The position numbers and the translations under genes are program-made. Below are positions 19,541-27,324 of a stretch of 44,055 nt of DNA, one piece after another (position 1 is the stretch's first letter; every line of letters begins with the position of its first letter). This DNA is from a virus (Duplodnaviria; Heunggongvirae; Uroviricota; Caudoviricetes), in the IMG/VR virus record IMGVR_UViG_2778261667_000008, positions 1-44,055 of that record. One strand, written 5' to 3'. The notes under the pieces were generated by a model that was not told the DNA's origin, searched no databases, and saw only the letters and a program-made list of their open reading frames with translations.

Positions 19541-20998
19541 TTAGGAGCGCCAAAAAAAACCTGAAAACAATATAATAACAGGATAAATTTCAAGGCGACC
19601 AAGAATCATAGCTATGCACATTAAATATTTTGCAATGTCATTAAGCACTCCGAATGACGATGCAGTAGCCCCAAAACCTAATCCCATATTATTAATACAT
19701 GCAGCCACTGTTGCAAATGATGTAAGAAAATCATATCCCATACCATTTAACACCAGTATAAAAAACACCGTGAAGAGAGTATAAAGAAAAAAGAAACTCC
19801 ATACAGACCTCATTACACGATCTGTAACTATCTTCCCTCCTACATTTACACTCAACAACGCTCTGGGATGAGAAAGTTGATTTATCTCGTGTTTGCTTTG
19901 TTTGAAAAGTATAAGAAATCGAAGTGACTTAATTCCACCACAGGTTGAACCGATACATCCCCCAAAGAAACTTGACAACAGCAAAAACACTATCGTGTGC
20001 GTGGGCCAGTTTGCATAATCCTGCGTAGCTAAACCATTATCAGTGAGCATGGAGCTGGCAAGAAAAAACGAATGAATAAAACTTCCATGCAAGTCATACA
20101 TACCTATATGCCAGACCTGGAAAGAGGTAACAATGATCACCCCTAAGGCTATTAATAGAAAGAAACGAAGTTCAATATCTCTGATTAAAGGTTTTATCGT
20201 TTTTCTGCTAATAACAATATACCAAAGAGTGAAGTTGAAAGCCGATAGCAGGGAAAAAGAACCAGCCACCAGCTCAACCAAATAGTTATTAAAATATCCG
20301 ATACTCTCGCTATGAGTTGAGAAACCACCAAGCGAAACTGTGGAAATCCCGTGACAAATAGCATCAAACAAAGGCATTCCTGCAAGTCTATAACAGACAA
20401 TACAAGCAATACCTAATAAAGAATAAGTTATCCACAGTGTCCGTGACGTATCGGCCAGGCGGGGAGTGAGTTTGTCATCCTTAAATGGCCCCGGCATTTC
20501 TGACTGATAAAGCTTTGCACCACCAATACCCAATAATGGCAATACTGCAACCGCCAGAACAATAACTCCTAAACCACCTATAAAATTTAACTGTGACCGA
20601 TAGTACAAATATGCCCGAGGTAATGAACTAACATCATCAATTACAGTTGCTCCTGTTGTTGTTATTCCAGAAACCCCTTCAAACAGAGCATCAATGAACG
20701 TTAAATTAAGTTCTGAGTCAATCCATAAAGGGAATGCACTAATAACAGAAAACAAAATCCAAAACATTACAATTATAATAAACCCATCACGGGTACGTAA
20801 TTGAATGCCAGATTTCTTAGTTGTATACCACGCTCCGCCACCAATGCAAAAAAATATAACGAAAGTTATAAAGAAAACGAACAGGCTTTTTTCTTTATAA
20901 AACAATGCTACAACCATTGGTGGCAACATTGAAAGACTATAGAGCCAAACCAGGAACCCACACATATGAGTAACAACTCTTACATGAGATGTATTCAT
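19541..20998 (-). CDS. trkG: TrkH/TrkG-family potassium uptake membrane protein
   Basis: Polytopic membrane protein; sequence from MNTSHVRVVTHMCGFLVWLYSLSM... matches my recollection of K-12 TrkG; first ATG at 20998 (the track start at 21016 is TTG); AT-rich gene. Confidence 0.9.
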   Translation of the reverse strand: MNTSHVRVVTHMCGFLVWLYSLSMLPPMVVALFYKEKSLFVFFITFVIFFCIGGGAWYTTKKSGIQLRTRDGFIIIVMFWILFSVISAFPLWIDSELNLTFIDALFEGVSGITTTGATVIDDVSSLPRAYLYYRSQLNFIGGLGVIVLAVAVLPLLGIGGAKLYQSEMPGPFKDDKLTPRLADTSRTLWITYSLLGIACIVCYRLAGMPLFDAICHGISTVSLGGFSTHSESIGYFNNYLVELVAGSFSLLSAFNFTLWYIVISRKTIKPLIRDIELRFFLLIALGVIIVTSFQVWHIGMYDLHGSFIHSFFLASSMLTDNGLATQDYANWPTHTIVFLLLSSFFGGCIGSTCGGIKSLRFLILFKQSKHEINQLSHPRALLSVNVGGKIVTDRVMRSVWSFFFLYTLFTVFFILVLNGMGYDFLTSFATVAACINNMGLGFGATASSFGVLNDIAKYLMCIAMILGRLEIYPVIILFSGFFWRS

Positions 20999-21135
20999 AT
21001 CTAAATATTCTTTCAATTATAACCACCTTGCTGCAATATTATGATTATACTGTATAAAATTTAACTCCTCTTAGATTTTACTTCACTGTTCCTTATGAAA
21101 CAATCATCAAAATGAATCATATTGTAGTTAAGATT

Positions 21136-21615
21136 TTACTTTAAACACTGTTCGGTTATGTATTGCTGAGCACCTTCAAGTTGGGCCTGCATCATTACCA
21201 GTCGTTCCCGGAGGGTGAAATAATCCCGTTCAGCGGTGTCTGCCAGTCTGGGGGAGACTGCATTATCCACGCTGGAGGTGGCGGTGGCTTCACGCACTGA
21301 CTGACAGACTGCTTTGATGCGCAACCGACGACGACCAGCGGCAACATCATCACGCAGAGCATCATTTTCAGCTTTCGCATCAGCTAACTCCTTCAGGTAT
21401 TTTGCATCGAGTGCAGCAACATCACGCTGGCGTATCTGCATGTCAGTAATGATTGCGGTCGCCTGGTTGAGTTTTTCCGTCACATTATCGCGTTGCGCTT
21501 TGTAGGTAATGGCATTATCACGGTAATGATTAACAGCCCATGACAGGCAGACGATGATGCAGATAACCAGAGCATAAATAATCACGGCAACTCTGCTCAC
21601 TGCTCTATCCCCCAA
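21136..21615 (-). CDS. rzpR: Rz-type i-spanin
   Basis: 159 aa, N-terminal TM segment, coiled-coil periplasmic domain; overlaps the endolysin 3' end and contains the embedded Rz1 frame. Confidence 0.75.
   Translation of the reverse strand: MGDRAVSRVAVIIYALVICIIVCLSWAVNHYRDNAITYKAQRDNVTEKLNQATAIITDMQIRQRDVAALDAKYLKELADAKAENDALRDDVAAGRRRLRIKAVCQSVREATATSSVDNAVSPRLADTAERDYFTLRERLVMMQAQLEGAQQYITEQCLK
21195..21380 (-). CDS. rzoR: Rz1-type o-spanin lipoprotein (embedded in Rz in the +1 frame)
   Basis: 61 aa; lipobox LVVVGC, proline-rich PPPPPAW; matches my recollection of RzoR. Confidence 0.75.
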   Translation of the reverse strand: MRKLKMMLCVMMLPLVVVGCASKQSVSQCVKPPPPPAWIMQSPPDWQTPLNGIISPSGNDW

Positions 21616-22130
21616 CAGGCTAATGCGCTCTCCTGATCACGACGAATAACCTGACCGTAACAGTTATTTGAACGAAGGCGGCAATCGCGCCCCCTGTCCT
21701 TAATCCACCAGCGAATCGCCTCGCAGGCACCTTTACGATCACCTGCATTCAGCCGCTTATAAAATGTCGACGGAAAACACTTAGCGGGGCCAATGTTATA
21801 GGGACAAAATGACGCGATACCCGCTTTTTGTGGTTCGGTCAGTGTTACTTTAATATTGCGATCCACCCATGCCAGCGCCTTATCACGCTCAATGGCATTA
21901 ACCTGATCGCATTTTTCCTTCGTCAGTGTCATGCCCGGAATAACAGGTTTACCATCTACTATCGTGGCACCGCGACAGATGGTCCATATGCCGGAACCAT
22001 CGCGGTATGCCGTAGTGTGGTTACCCTCTTTTTCATCCAGAAACTGGTCAAGTATCTCAGGAGCAGATGCGCCTGCTCCAATCAGCGCCAGAACGGCCGC
22101 TGACAGGCCGTATTTGGTTTTTGCGTTCAT
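21597..22130 (-). CDS. SAR-type endolysin (phage lysozyme, T4-lysozyme fold)
   Basis: 177 aa; N-terminal Gly/Ala-rich signal-anchor-release segment ([21 protein letters not shown]); phage-21 R-like. Confidence 0.8.
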   Translation of the reverse strand: MNAKTKYGLSAAVLALIGAGASAPEILDQFLDEKEGNHTTAYRDGSGIWTICRGATIVDGKPVIPGMTLTKEKCDQVNAIERDKALAWVDRNIKVTLTEPQKAGIASFCPYNIGPAKCFPSTFYKRLNAGDRKGACEAIRWWIKDRGRDCRLRSNNCYGQVIRRDQESALACWGIEQ

Positions 22131-22235
22131 GGATATTTATCAGGATTTATCGGTTTCTGAACCCTGGATATGTTTATCTGCCCCGGCCTGTTGAATCAGG
22201 CGGGGAAAAGGTAAATACAATCAAGAGGATTATTT

Positions 22236-22508
22236 ATGGACAATAACACCATTTCTCTACAGGAGTTGCTCGACTGCATTTCCAGGCTTCGGGATGATGT
22301 AAATGCCCTCACTGTTGCATTTTCATATCTGGCCTTATCAATTCCCAGAGAACAAATGCAACCAACACTGGCATCGCTCCTGCTTGAATCACGCAACCCC
22401 AAATGGTCCCAGGAACAACAAAATTCTTTTAAGTGGCTGGCGACATTACTGGAAGAAAAATATGCTGGTAAAATTACCATTTCGGTGGAGTCTTCAGAAA
22501 ATCAGTAA
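22236..22508 (+). CDS. Hypothetical 90-aa protein encoded antisense inside the lysis cassette
   Basis: ATG at 22236 with AAGAGG SD 7 nt upstream; its 3' end overlaps the 3' end of the 114-aa minus-strand gene by 35 nt. Confidence 0.4.
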   Translation: MDNNTISLQELLDCISRLRDDVNALTVAFSYLALSIPREQMQPTLASLLLESRNPKWSQEQQNSFKWLATLLEEKYAGKITISVESSENQ

Positions 22509-22818
22509 TTCTTCCTGGTAGCTTTCCTTTGTAGGTTATCCACACATTCTGCGCCTCTAAAATTACGGGGCGCTTTTCCGGCGACTGCTCATCCCCTTCA
22601 CATAACCCGGCAGCAACATCCAGGAAGACCTGTCTGATGCTCCTTCTGGCTGCAGCCTCATAAAACTCCAGCGCAGCACCTTCAACACGGTCCAGCGAGA
22701 TGTCCAGGTCAAAAATTTCACCGTCAAAGCGTTTTTTGTCTTGTAATGCTACAGTTACCGCAACTTTATTCTCAAAATTGCGGATCCCTTTCACAATCAG
22801 TTCATAGTCTTGGGTCAT
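22474..22818 (-). CDS. Hypothetical 114-aa protein translationally coupled to the holin gene
   Basis: ATG at 22818 preceded by GAGAGGAGAG SD, 4 nt after the holin stop; no family recognised. Confidence 0.55.
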   Translation of the reverse strand: MTQDYELIVKGIRNFENKVAVTVALQDKKRFDGEIFDLDISLDRVEGAALEFYEAAARRSIRQVFLDVAAGLCEGDEQSPEKRPVILEAQNVWITYKGKLPGRITDFLKTPPKW

Positions 22819-22822
22819 TATA

Positions 22823-23038
22823 TTACTCTCCTCTCGCAGCCTTTCTTCTGTCTTCTCTGATTTTGAAGTACAGATTTGTCAGATAAGTCAAAAAGCCCAG
22901 AACCAGACTTCCCAGCACACCAATTGCAGCCCACTGTGACGAACTGACCTGATCCAGCCACTGTAAAAACCAGTATCCAGCACTGCCTGCGGAGGTGCCG
23001 TAGGCAATGCCCGTTGTTAACTTGTCCATGGATTTCAT
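22823..23038 (-). CDS. Class II holin (phage 21 S / pinholin type) with dual-start motif
   Basis: 71 aa starting MKSMDK (Met1 and Met4 starts at 23038 and 23029), two TM segments, charged C-terminus; GGAGG SD. Confidence 0.85.
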   Translation of the reverse strand: MKSMDKLTTGIAYGTSAGSAGYWFLQWLDQVSSSQWAAIGVLGSLVLGFLTYLTNLYFKIREDRRKAARGE

Positions 23039-23254
23039 AGCCTCACCTCCGAGAATTCGGATGGTGCTAAACGTAGGGTCCAGGCTCTCAGATTTACTAA
23101 CAAGAAGTCAGAGATGTTATCCGTAGCCTGACAATGAAAAAGCCCTGGTACATGCAAGGGCCTGATGAAGTACCAGATTAAGAATCTGGCGGCATAACCT
23201 CGCACTTGATATCGTTACATCGCCAAAAGTAACAACTATCAATGGAGAAAATGA

Positions 23255-23767
23255 ATGGAACTATTTTTGGTTGATCGCCGAGGAATATACTCAACTGGCG
23301 ATATTGTTACACCAAAGCGATTCTCCGATATAAGTCCTGTCGAAATGTCATCTCTGGTAGACAAACTTTTTCCGTGCGGGCTTGCACCACATGGCGAGGG
23401 ATACCTTATTAACAATGCGGCAAAAAATTATAATAAAAACGAATTCATCGACTGGGGGTTAGAGTTTTACCGAAGAGGAGTTTACCCGCAAAAACCTTCT
23501 CGCTATACGTCACTCTTCGCATGGGGTAACCTGGAGGAGGCTAAACATTTTCGACTTACAGACGGGAAACCATCAGATAAAATCTTCATAATACAAACAG
23601 ATAGTTATCATCGCGGAGATATGTCATTATTAAGAAATGATACATCAGTACTGGAATTCACCTACAGAATGGAACTTTACTGGGCAGGTAAAACCTTTAA
23701 CCCTGATCCAGTCTGGGAATACATTTGTCCGCTACCAGTAACTATCGGTGAACAAGTCCTTGCTTAA
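23255..23767 (+). CDS. Hypothetical 170-aa protein (moron between Q-like gene and lysis cassette)
   Basis: ATG at 23255 with GGAG SD; AT-rich; antisense to the late-operon direction; no family recognised. Confidence 0.55.
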   Translation: MELFLVDRRGIYSTGDIVTPKRFSDISPVEMSSLVDKLFPCGLAPHGEGYLINNAAKNYNKNEFIDWGLEFYRRGVYPQKPSRYTSLFAWGNLEEAKHFRLTDGKPSDKIFIIQTDSYHRGDMSLLRNDTSVLEFTYRMELYWAGKTFNPDPVWEYICPLPVTIGEQVLA

Positions 23768-24021
23768 TCCCCTTCATCCCAATAAAGACCTTTCGCGACA
23801 CAATGGGGGCGGTAAGGATAGCAATAACTTGCTCTGACGTTACCAACCAGCGTACCACTTTCTTTGAATGCCTTATCTCCGTTCCTGAGCTGTGATAAGG
23901 CCTTTTCAAGTTCAGCTATCGCGACAGCCACGTCTTCGCTTTCTACATACAGTGAAAAACCTTTAATGGGTGAACTCATGGTAAGTTGGCTCATAGATAT
24001 TTGATGATGGTGTGAGTGCAT
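23764..24021 (-). CDS. Hypothetical 85-aa protein
   Basis: Track ORF 23764..24066; the best start is the ATG at 24021 (MHSHHHQISM...) preceded by GGGAGA; its stop overlaps the stop of the convergent 170-aa gene. Confidence 0.4.
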   Translation of the reverse strand: MHSHHHQISMSQLTMSSPIKGFSLYVESEDVAVAIAELEKALSQLRNGDKAFKESGTLVGNVRASYCYPYRPHCVAKGLYWDEGD

Positions 24022-24410
24022 AAATAGTCTCCCAGTGAAAGAAAATTCGAGTTGTGCTGTTACCATATCAAGGATGCTACTTATTTCTATATGAAAACAA
24101 TAATAATCATTTAATATGCATAATTATAATTAGCCATCAAGCATTCAAGAAACCATCAAGATATTGATATAAATCACCACAAAACCAATATCGCCTCATA
24201 AAATACCTACGATTCTTTGTCTGTCGGAATCTTTTGTAAATCCTTGTTCTTCTCACCATGAATTTTCACGGGCTCCTCTTCCGGGGAGCTATTTTTTATC
24301 GTAAATAACCACTCATTACAGATGAATTGACCAAAATCAATATCCGTCACAGACATAGAGCAATAGAATTAATAACGTACGCGGTTACTTATATACTTCC
24401 TTTATTCACA

Positions 24411-24438
24411 AGCGACTCTTTAACGGGTCGCTTTTTTT
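24411..24438 (+). terminator. Intrinsic terminator-like hairpin
   Basis: AGCGAC-TCTTTAACGG-GTCGCT followed by TTTTTTT. Confidence 0.5.
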
Positions 24439-24566
24439 CGGACTATCACCGACACAATGTCAAAAAAAAGATCTGCATCACAAAAAAACTTATAAAAAAA
24501 TCACAAAATCCAAAACTCCACTACATAAACACTAATAAATATTGCTTCACATATTTTCATACTAGT

Positions 24567-24588
24567 GCCCTCGCAAGAGGGCTTTTTT
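24567..24588 (+). terminator. Intrinsic terminator-like hairpin
   Basis: GCCCTC-GCAA-GAGGGC followed by TTTTTT. Confidence 0.55.
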
Positions 24589-24728
24589 ATCTGGATGAAA
24601 AACAATCAACCATTAATAATGACATAGTAATATTGACTAAGGTCAAGGAAAAACAAATCATGACACCTAAAGATATAAGAGTTTTTCTGGAGGCGAATTT
24701 TAAAATGCATTAGATTTTACGGCTCTTT

Positions 24729-24755
24729 CACGGGCCGTTTTTTTGCCTGAAATTA
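24729..24755 (+). terminator. Intrinsic terminator-like hairpin
   Basis: ACGGC-TCTTTCACGG-GCCGT followed by TTTTTTT; loop nearly identical to the hairpin at 24411. Confidence 0.5.
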
Positions 24756-24864
24756 TGCCAGAAGCCGTGCTGCATCATCTCACCAACATCAACGTCTCCT
24801 CAGTCCTGAATTAAGACTACGTGGTGATTTTTAGCCTAAAATCCCTGCCAAATACTTTCTATAT

Positions 24865-24890
24865 AAACAAAAAACCGCCCGTCAAGGCGG
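24865..24890 (-). terminator. Intrinsic terminator downstream of the Q-like gene (second of two)
   Basis: Minus-strand CCGCC-TTGACG-GGCGG followed by TTTTTTGTTT. Confidence 0.6.
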
Positions 24891-25155
24891 TAAAAAGATG
24901 GTTAGCTAAAGAGGTCATTATTATTATGATCTGAGGCGTCGGGTGCCTCCCGAAGTATATCAGCTCCTGACTAATACACTGTGGCTTCCCTCCCGCTAAA
25001 CAGTTATACCTTGCCACCCCCGCCCTGGGGAACACCTCAAGATCCTTAACAGATTAAAATACAGCATTAATAATATAAGTGATCTACATCACATTATTTA
25101 GGCATAGAAATATGCATCAAAACAACAACAATATATCAACACTAATATCTCATTT

Positions 25156-25185
25156 CTTACAGATACAAAAAAACCACCTTTAGGT
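25156..25185. terminator. Bidirectional intrinsic terminator just downstream of the Q-like gene (candidate tR')
   Basis: ACCACC-TTTA-GGTGGT flanked by an A-run on one side and a T-run on the other, so it reads as stem plus U-tail on either strand. Confidence 0.6.
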
Positions 25186-25270
25186 GGTTTTTTTGTATCC
25201 GTGGGATTGTTCGCCTCGCGATACAGCTTTGCGAAGCATAGCGAAATTGAAGCAGTTTATACGTAAGAAA

Positions 25271-25933
25271 TCAAGCCATTTTCTCAGCAAATGATTCACG
25301 CATGGGAATATATAGGACATACTCAGCAACAGCTAACCAATTAGCAATCCGTTTTTCGCATGTGCTAAAACACCACTCTGGGTGTGCATCATGTAGCAAT
25401 TCAGCCATTTTACGCTTAGTCATCCCCCGCCCTTCATAGCGTTGCCGGAGAATGCAAATCAATCCTGGATGCTCTGCCAGCACCTCACTTATGACTCGAT
25501 CAATACATAACGCCTCTGCATCAGTACAATGCGCCAGCCAGCTCTTTTGCTTGCCGTTGATCATCTCTCTCAAAAACGCTTCCAGCTCAGCTTTCTCTAT
25601 TCCCGCTTTTTTCATTCTGCGCAGGGCTTCATTGATGGCTGTTTTCGTCAATTTTTGGGATGCCAACAACTGATTGAACATATTTCCTGACCTGCCACCG
25701 CCAATATACGACCAGCGCCCCCACATACGCAGTTTGCCCTGAATCCAGACACTTTCCAGCGTGGCGAGACGAAGGTGTTCTCCGCTTTTTCCTGTATTCG
25801 TTGGGTAAATCACAAATATCCCTCCTTTCTCCAGATTTCTTGTGTGCGAAAAACACCTTCTGCATGCATCAGGCGTAATTCTTCTTTGGTGTAATCGCTG
25901 GTTTTTACCCGCCCGTCGATTAGATCGTGGCAT
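25271..25933 (-). CDS. Putative late-gene antiterminator (Q-like by position)
   Basis: Last gene before two tandem terminators and about 2.2 kb upstream of the lysis cassette; Cys/His-containing. The track start at 25933 overlaps the upstream gene by 124 nt; alternative ATGs at 25726 and 25681 would give a 151- or 137-aa product. Family not recognised by eye. Confidence 0.45.
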   Translation of the reverse strand: MPRSNRRAGKNQRLHQRRITPDACRRCFSHTRNLEKGGIFVIYPTNTGKSGEHLRLATLESVWIQGKLRMWGRWSYIGGGRSGNMFNQLLASQKLTKTAINEALRRMKKAGIEKAELEAFLREMINGKQKSWLAHCTDAEALCIDRVISEVLAEHPGLICILRQRYEGRGMTKRKMAELLHDAHPEWCFSTCEKRIANWLAVAEYVLYIPMRESFAEKMA

Positions 25934-26100
25934 GAGCTACAGGCAATCGCCGCCTGCATATCGTGTGGTTTTGTCGCTATTCCGCACGTTCCCGCCAGTC
26001 GGTAATGCGCCAGCACAGACGTTTCCGGATCGTGATTGCAGTAGCCAGGAATTCTGACGGTGCACATCTGCCCCCGCGCCGCTTTACGTAAATCCACCAT
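25810..26100 (-). CDS. YbcO-like (DUF1364) zinc-binding phage protein
   Basis: 96 aa with CxVRIPGxC...C..C pattern resembling my recollection of DLP12 YbcO; ATG overlaps the upstream stop (TAATG). Confidence 0.55.
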   Translation of the reverse strand: MVDLRKAARGQMCTVRIPGYCNHDPETSVLAHYRLAGTCGIATKPHDMQAAIACSSCHDLIDGRVKTSDYTKEELRLMHAEGVFRTQEIWRKEGYL

Positions 26101-26699
26101 TACGCAAACTCCAGCAGCTGCGCGGCCACATTTTCGACTTGTTCCGGAGAGGAAAATTTACGGAACAGAATCCTGTTCCACAGCACATTCAGAACAGATT
26201 TATAAACCTGCTGAAACTCGGTTTCGTCCATATTCGCAAAAGCGATGGATTTCGCCCGACGCCCATGGCTACCGTCCGGATAAAAATGTTCGGTGTAAAA
26301 TCCAGCCTGAATGGTTACCCACTCGCGAAAAGCCTCAAACGACTTTAGCAATGCCGTATCCCGGGTTCTGCGTGTCGCAACTGTATTCAGATATTGCTCT
26401 GCGGCATCACTCAGGGCTGGCGTGTGTTCCCGACCAACTGATTCGCACAGGTAATCAACGAAACCAGACAGCAGTTCTCGTTCGCGAGGCGTGATCGCCC
26501 CACCGACCGGAGTCCAGTAATCGAATCCCAGTTGCAGGAGTTTGAAAAAACGCTTGTGGAATGCGTAGTTACGCACACGCTTAAAGTCTGCGTGTATCCA
26601 CTCACCTATTTTGATTTGATGCAGAAAATCGCAACTCTCCGGCGTCGCCGGGAGAAGTAAACCAGAAGAAGTTTGTTTGACCAGTTGTATATGCGCCAT
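26100..26699 (-). CDS. Nin-region hypothetical protein (DUF1367-like)
   Basis: 199 aa, ATG at 26699; position between the cargo region and the Q-like gene. Confidence 0.45.
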   Translation of the reverse strand: MAHIQLVKQTSSGLLLPATPESCDFLHQIKIGEWIHADFKRVRNYAFHKRFFKLLQLGFDYWTPVGGAITPRERELLSGFVDYLCESVGREHTPALSDAAEQYLNTVATRRTRDTALLKSFEAFREWVTIQAGFYTEHFYPDGSHGRRAKSIAFANMDETEFQQVYKSVLNVLWNRILFRKFSSPEQVENVAAQLLEFA

Positions 26700-26973
26700 T
26701 TCTCAATCTCTCGATGGCGCAGTGCAGCAGATGCCAGTTGTTCAGGCTGACGTATAAAGTATAAATAAACTGGTTCCAGTGTAAAGCCCCCACATTGATG
26801 GAATAAAAATCAAACAATAGATTGCTGGGATAAAATACAACGCTTATTATTAAAAGCGGTTAGACAAATTAAATTTTAATGTTATGCAAATCTGCCAGAT
26901 CAGCATAATATCTCATTTGAAAACCGCTGAAATAACAATCCTATCAGGATTAATCATATTAAGGTGAGTAAAT

Positions 26974-27060
26974 ATGGAAAACAACAAATCTGCACATTAC
27001 GCTCCTTTTTTATCTGTAATACTTTTTGTTTTTTGCTGTGTATGGGCATTATTTTTATAA
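26974..27060 (+). CDS. Small hydrophobic peptide (28 aa), candidate membrane peptide
   Basis: Below the ORF-track cutoff. AAGGTGAG SD 5 nt before ATG; hand translation MENNKSAHYAPFLSVILFVFCCVWALFL; AT-rich setting. Confidence 0.3.
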   Translation: MENNKSAHYAPFLSVILFVFCCVWALFL

Positions 27061-27168
27061 AAATATTCACAGATAAAATAAACTCGCCGAATCAGGTTAA
27101 GTGTGGGTGCGTTGAGGATGCCTGACACATCAGAGGCGGCGAGGGATTTCTCCCTCGCCTGGTCACTC

Positions 27169-27324
27169 TTACTCCTCAGGTTCGTAAGCTGTGAAGACAG
27201 CGACCTCCGTCTGACCGGTTCGGATTCGCACCTCGCAGAGGTCTTTCCTCGTTACCAGTGCCGTCACTATGACGGTTAAACAGATGACAATCAGTGCGAC
27301 TAACATCGCCTTTTGCTGCTTCAT
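27169..27324 (-). CDS. hokD: Hok/Gef-family type I toxin
   Basis: MKQQKAMLVALIVICLTVIVTALVTRKDLCEVRIRTGQTEVAVFTAYEPEE is near-identical to my recollection of HokD (RelF); AAGGAGAAG SD; the track ORF extends 19 codons upstream in frame; perfect 9-bp stem-loop (27138..27159) in the 3' region. Confidence 0.8.
   Translation of the reverse strand: MKQQKAMLVALIVICLTVIVTALVTRKDLCEVRIRTGQTEVAVFTAYEPEE

Noticed and set aside
22181-22205. Inverted repeat CCCCG...CGGGG with a 15-nt loop upstream of the antisense 90-aa ORF
   Set aside because: No T-run on either side, so it is not a terminator; possibly a regulatory structure but the evidence is insufficient.
24327-24713. 128-aa plus-strand ORF in the AT-rich Q-S interval
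   Set aside because: It runs straight through two terminator hairpins with T-runs (24411, 24567), has no convincing SD, and has a low-complexity K/I/T-rich composition.
24714-25270. Looked for tRNA genes between the Q-like gene and the lysis genes, where Stx-type lambdoid phages carry them
   Set aside because: No cloverleaf-compatible sequence or T-loop-like GTTCRA motif found by eye; only terminator hairpins. A tRNAscan run would be needed to exclude this definitively.
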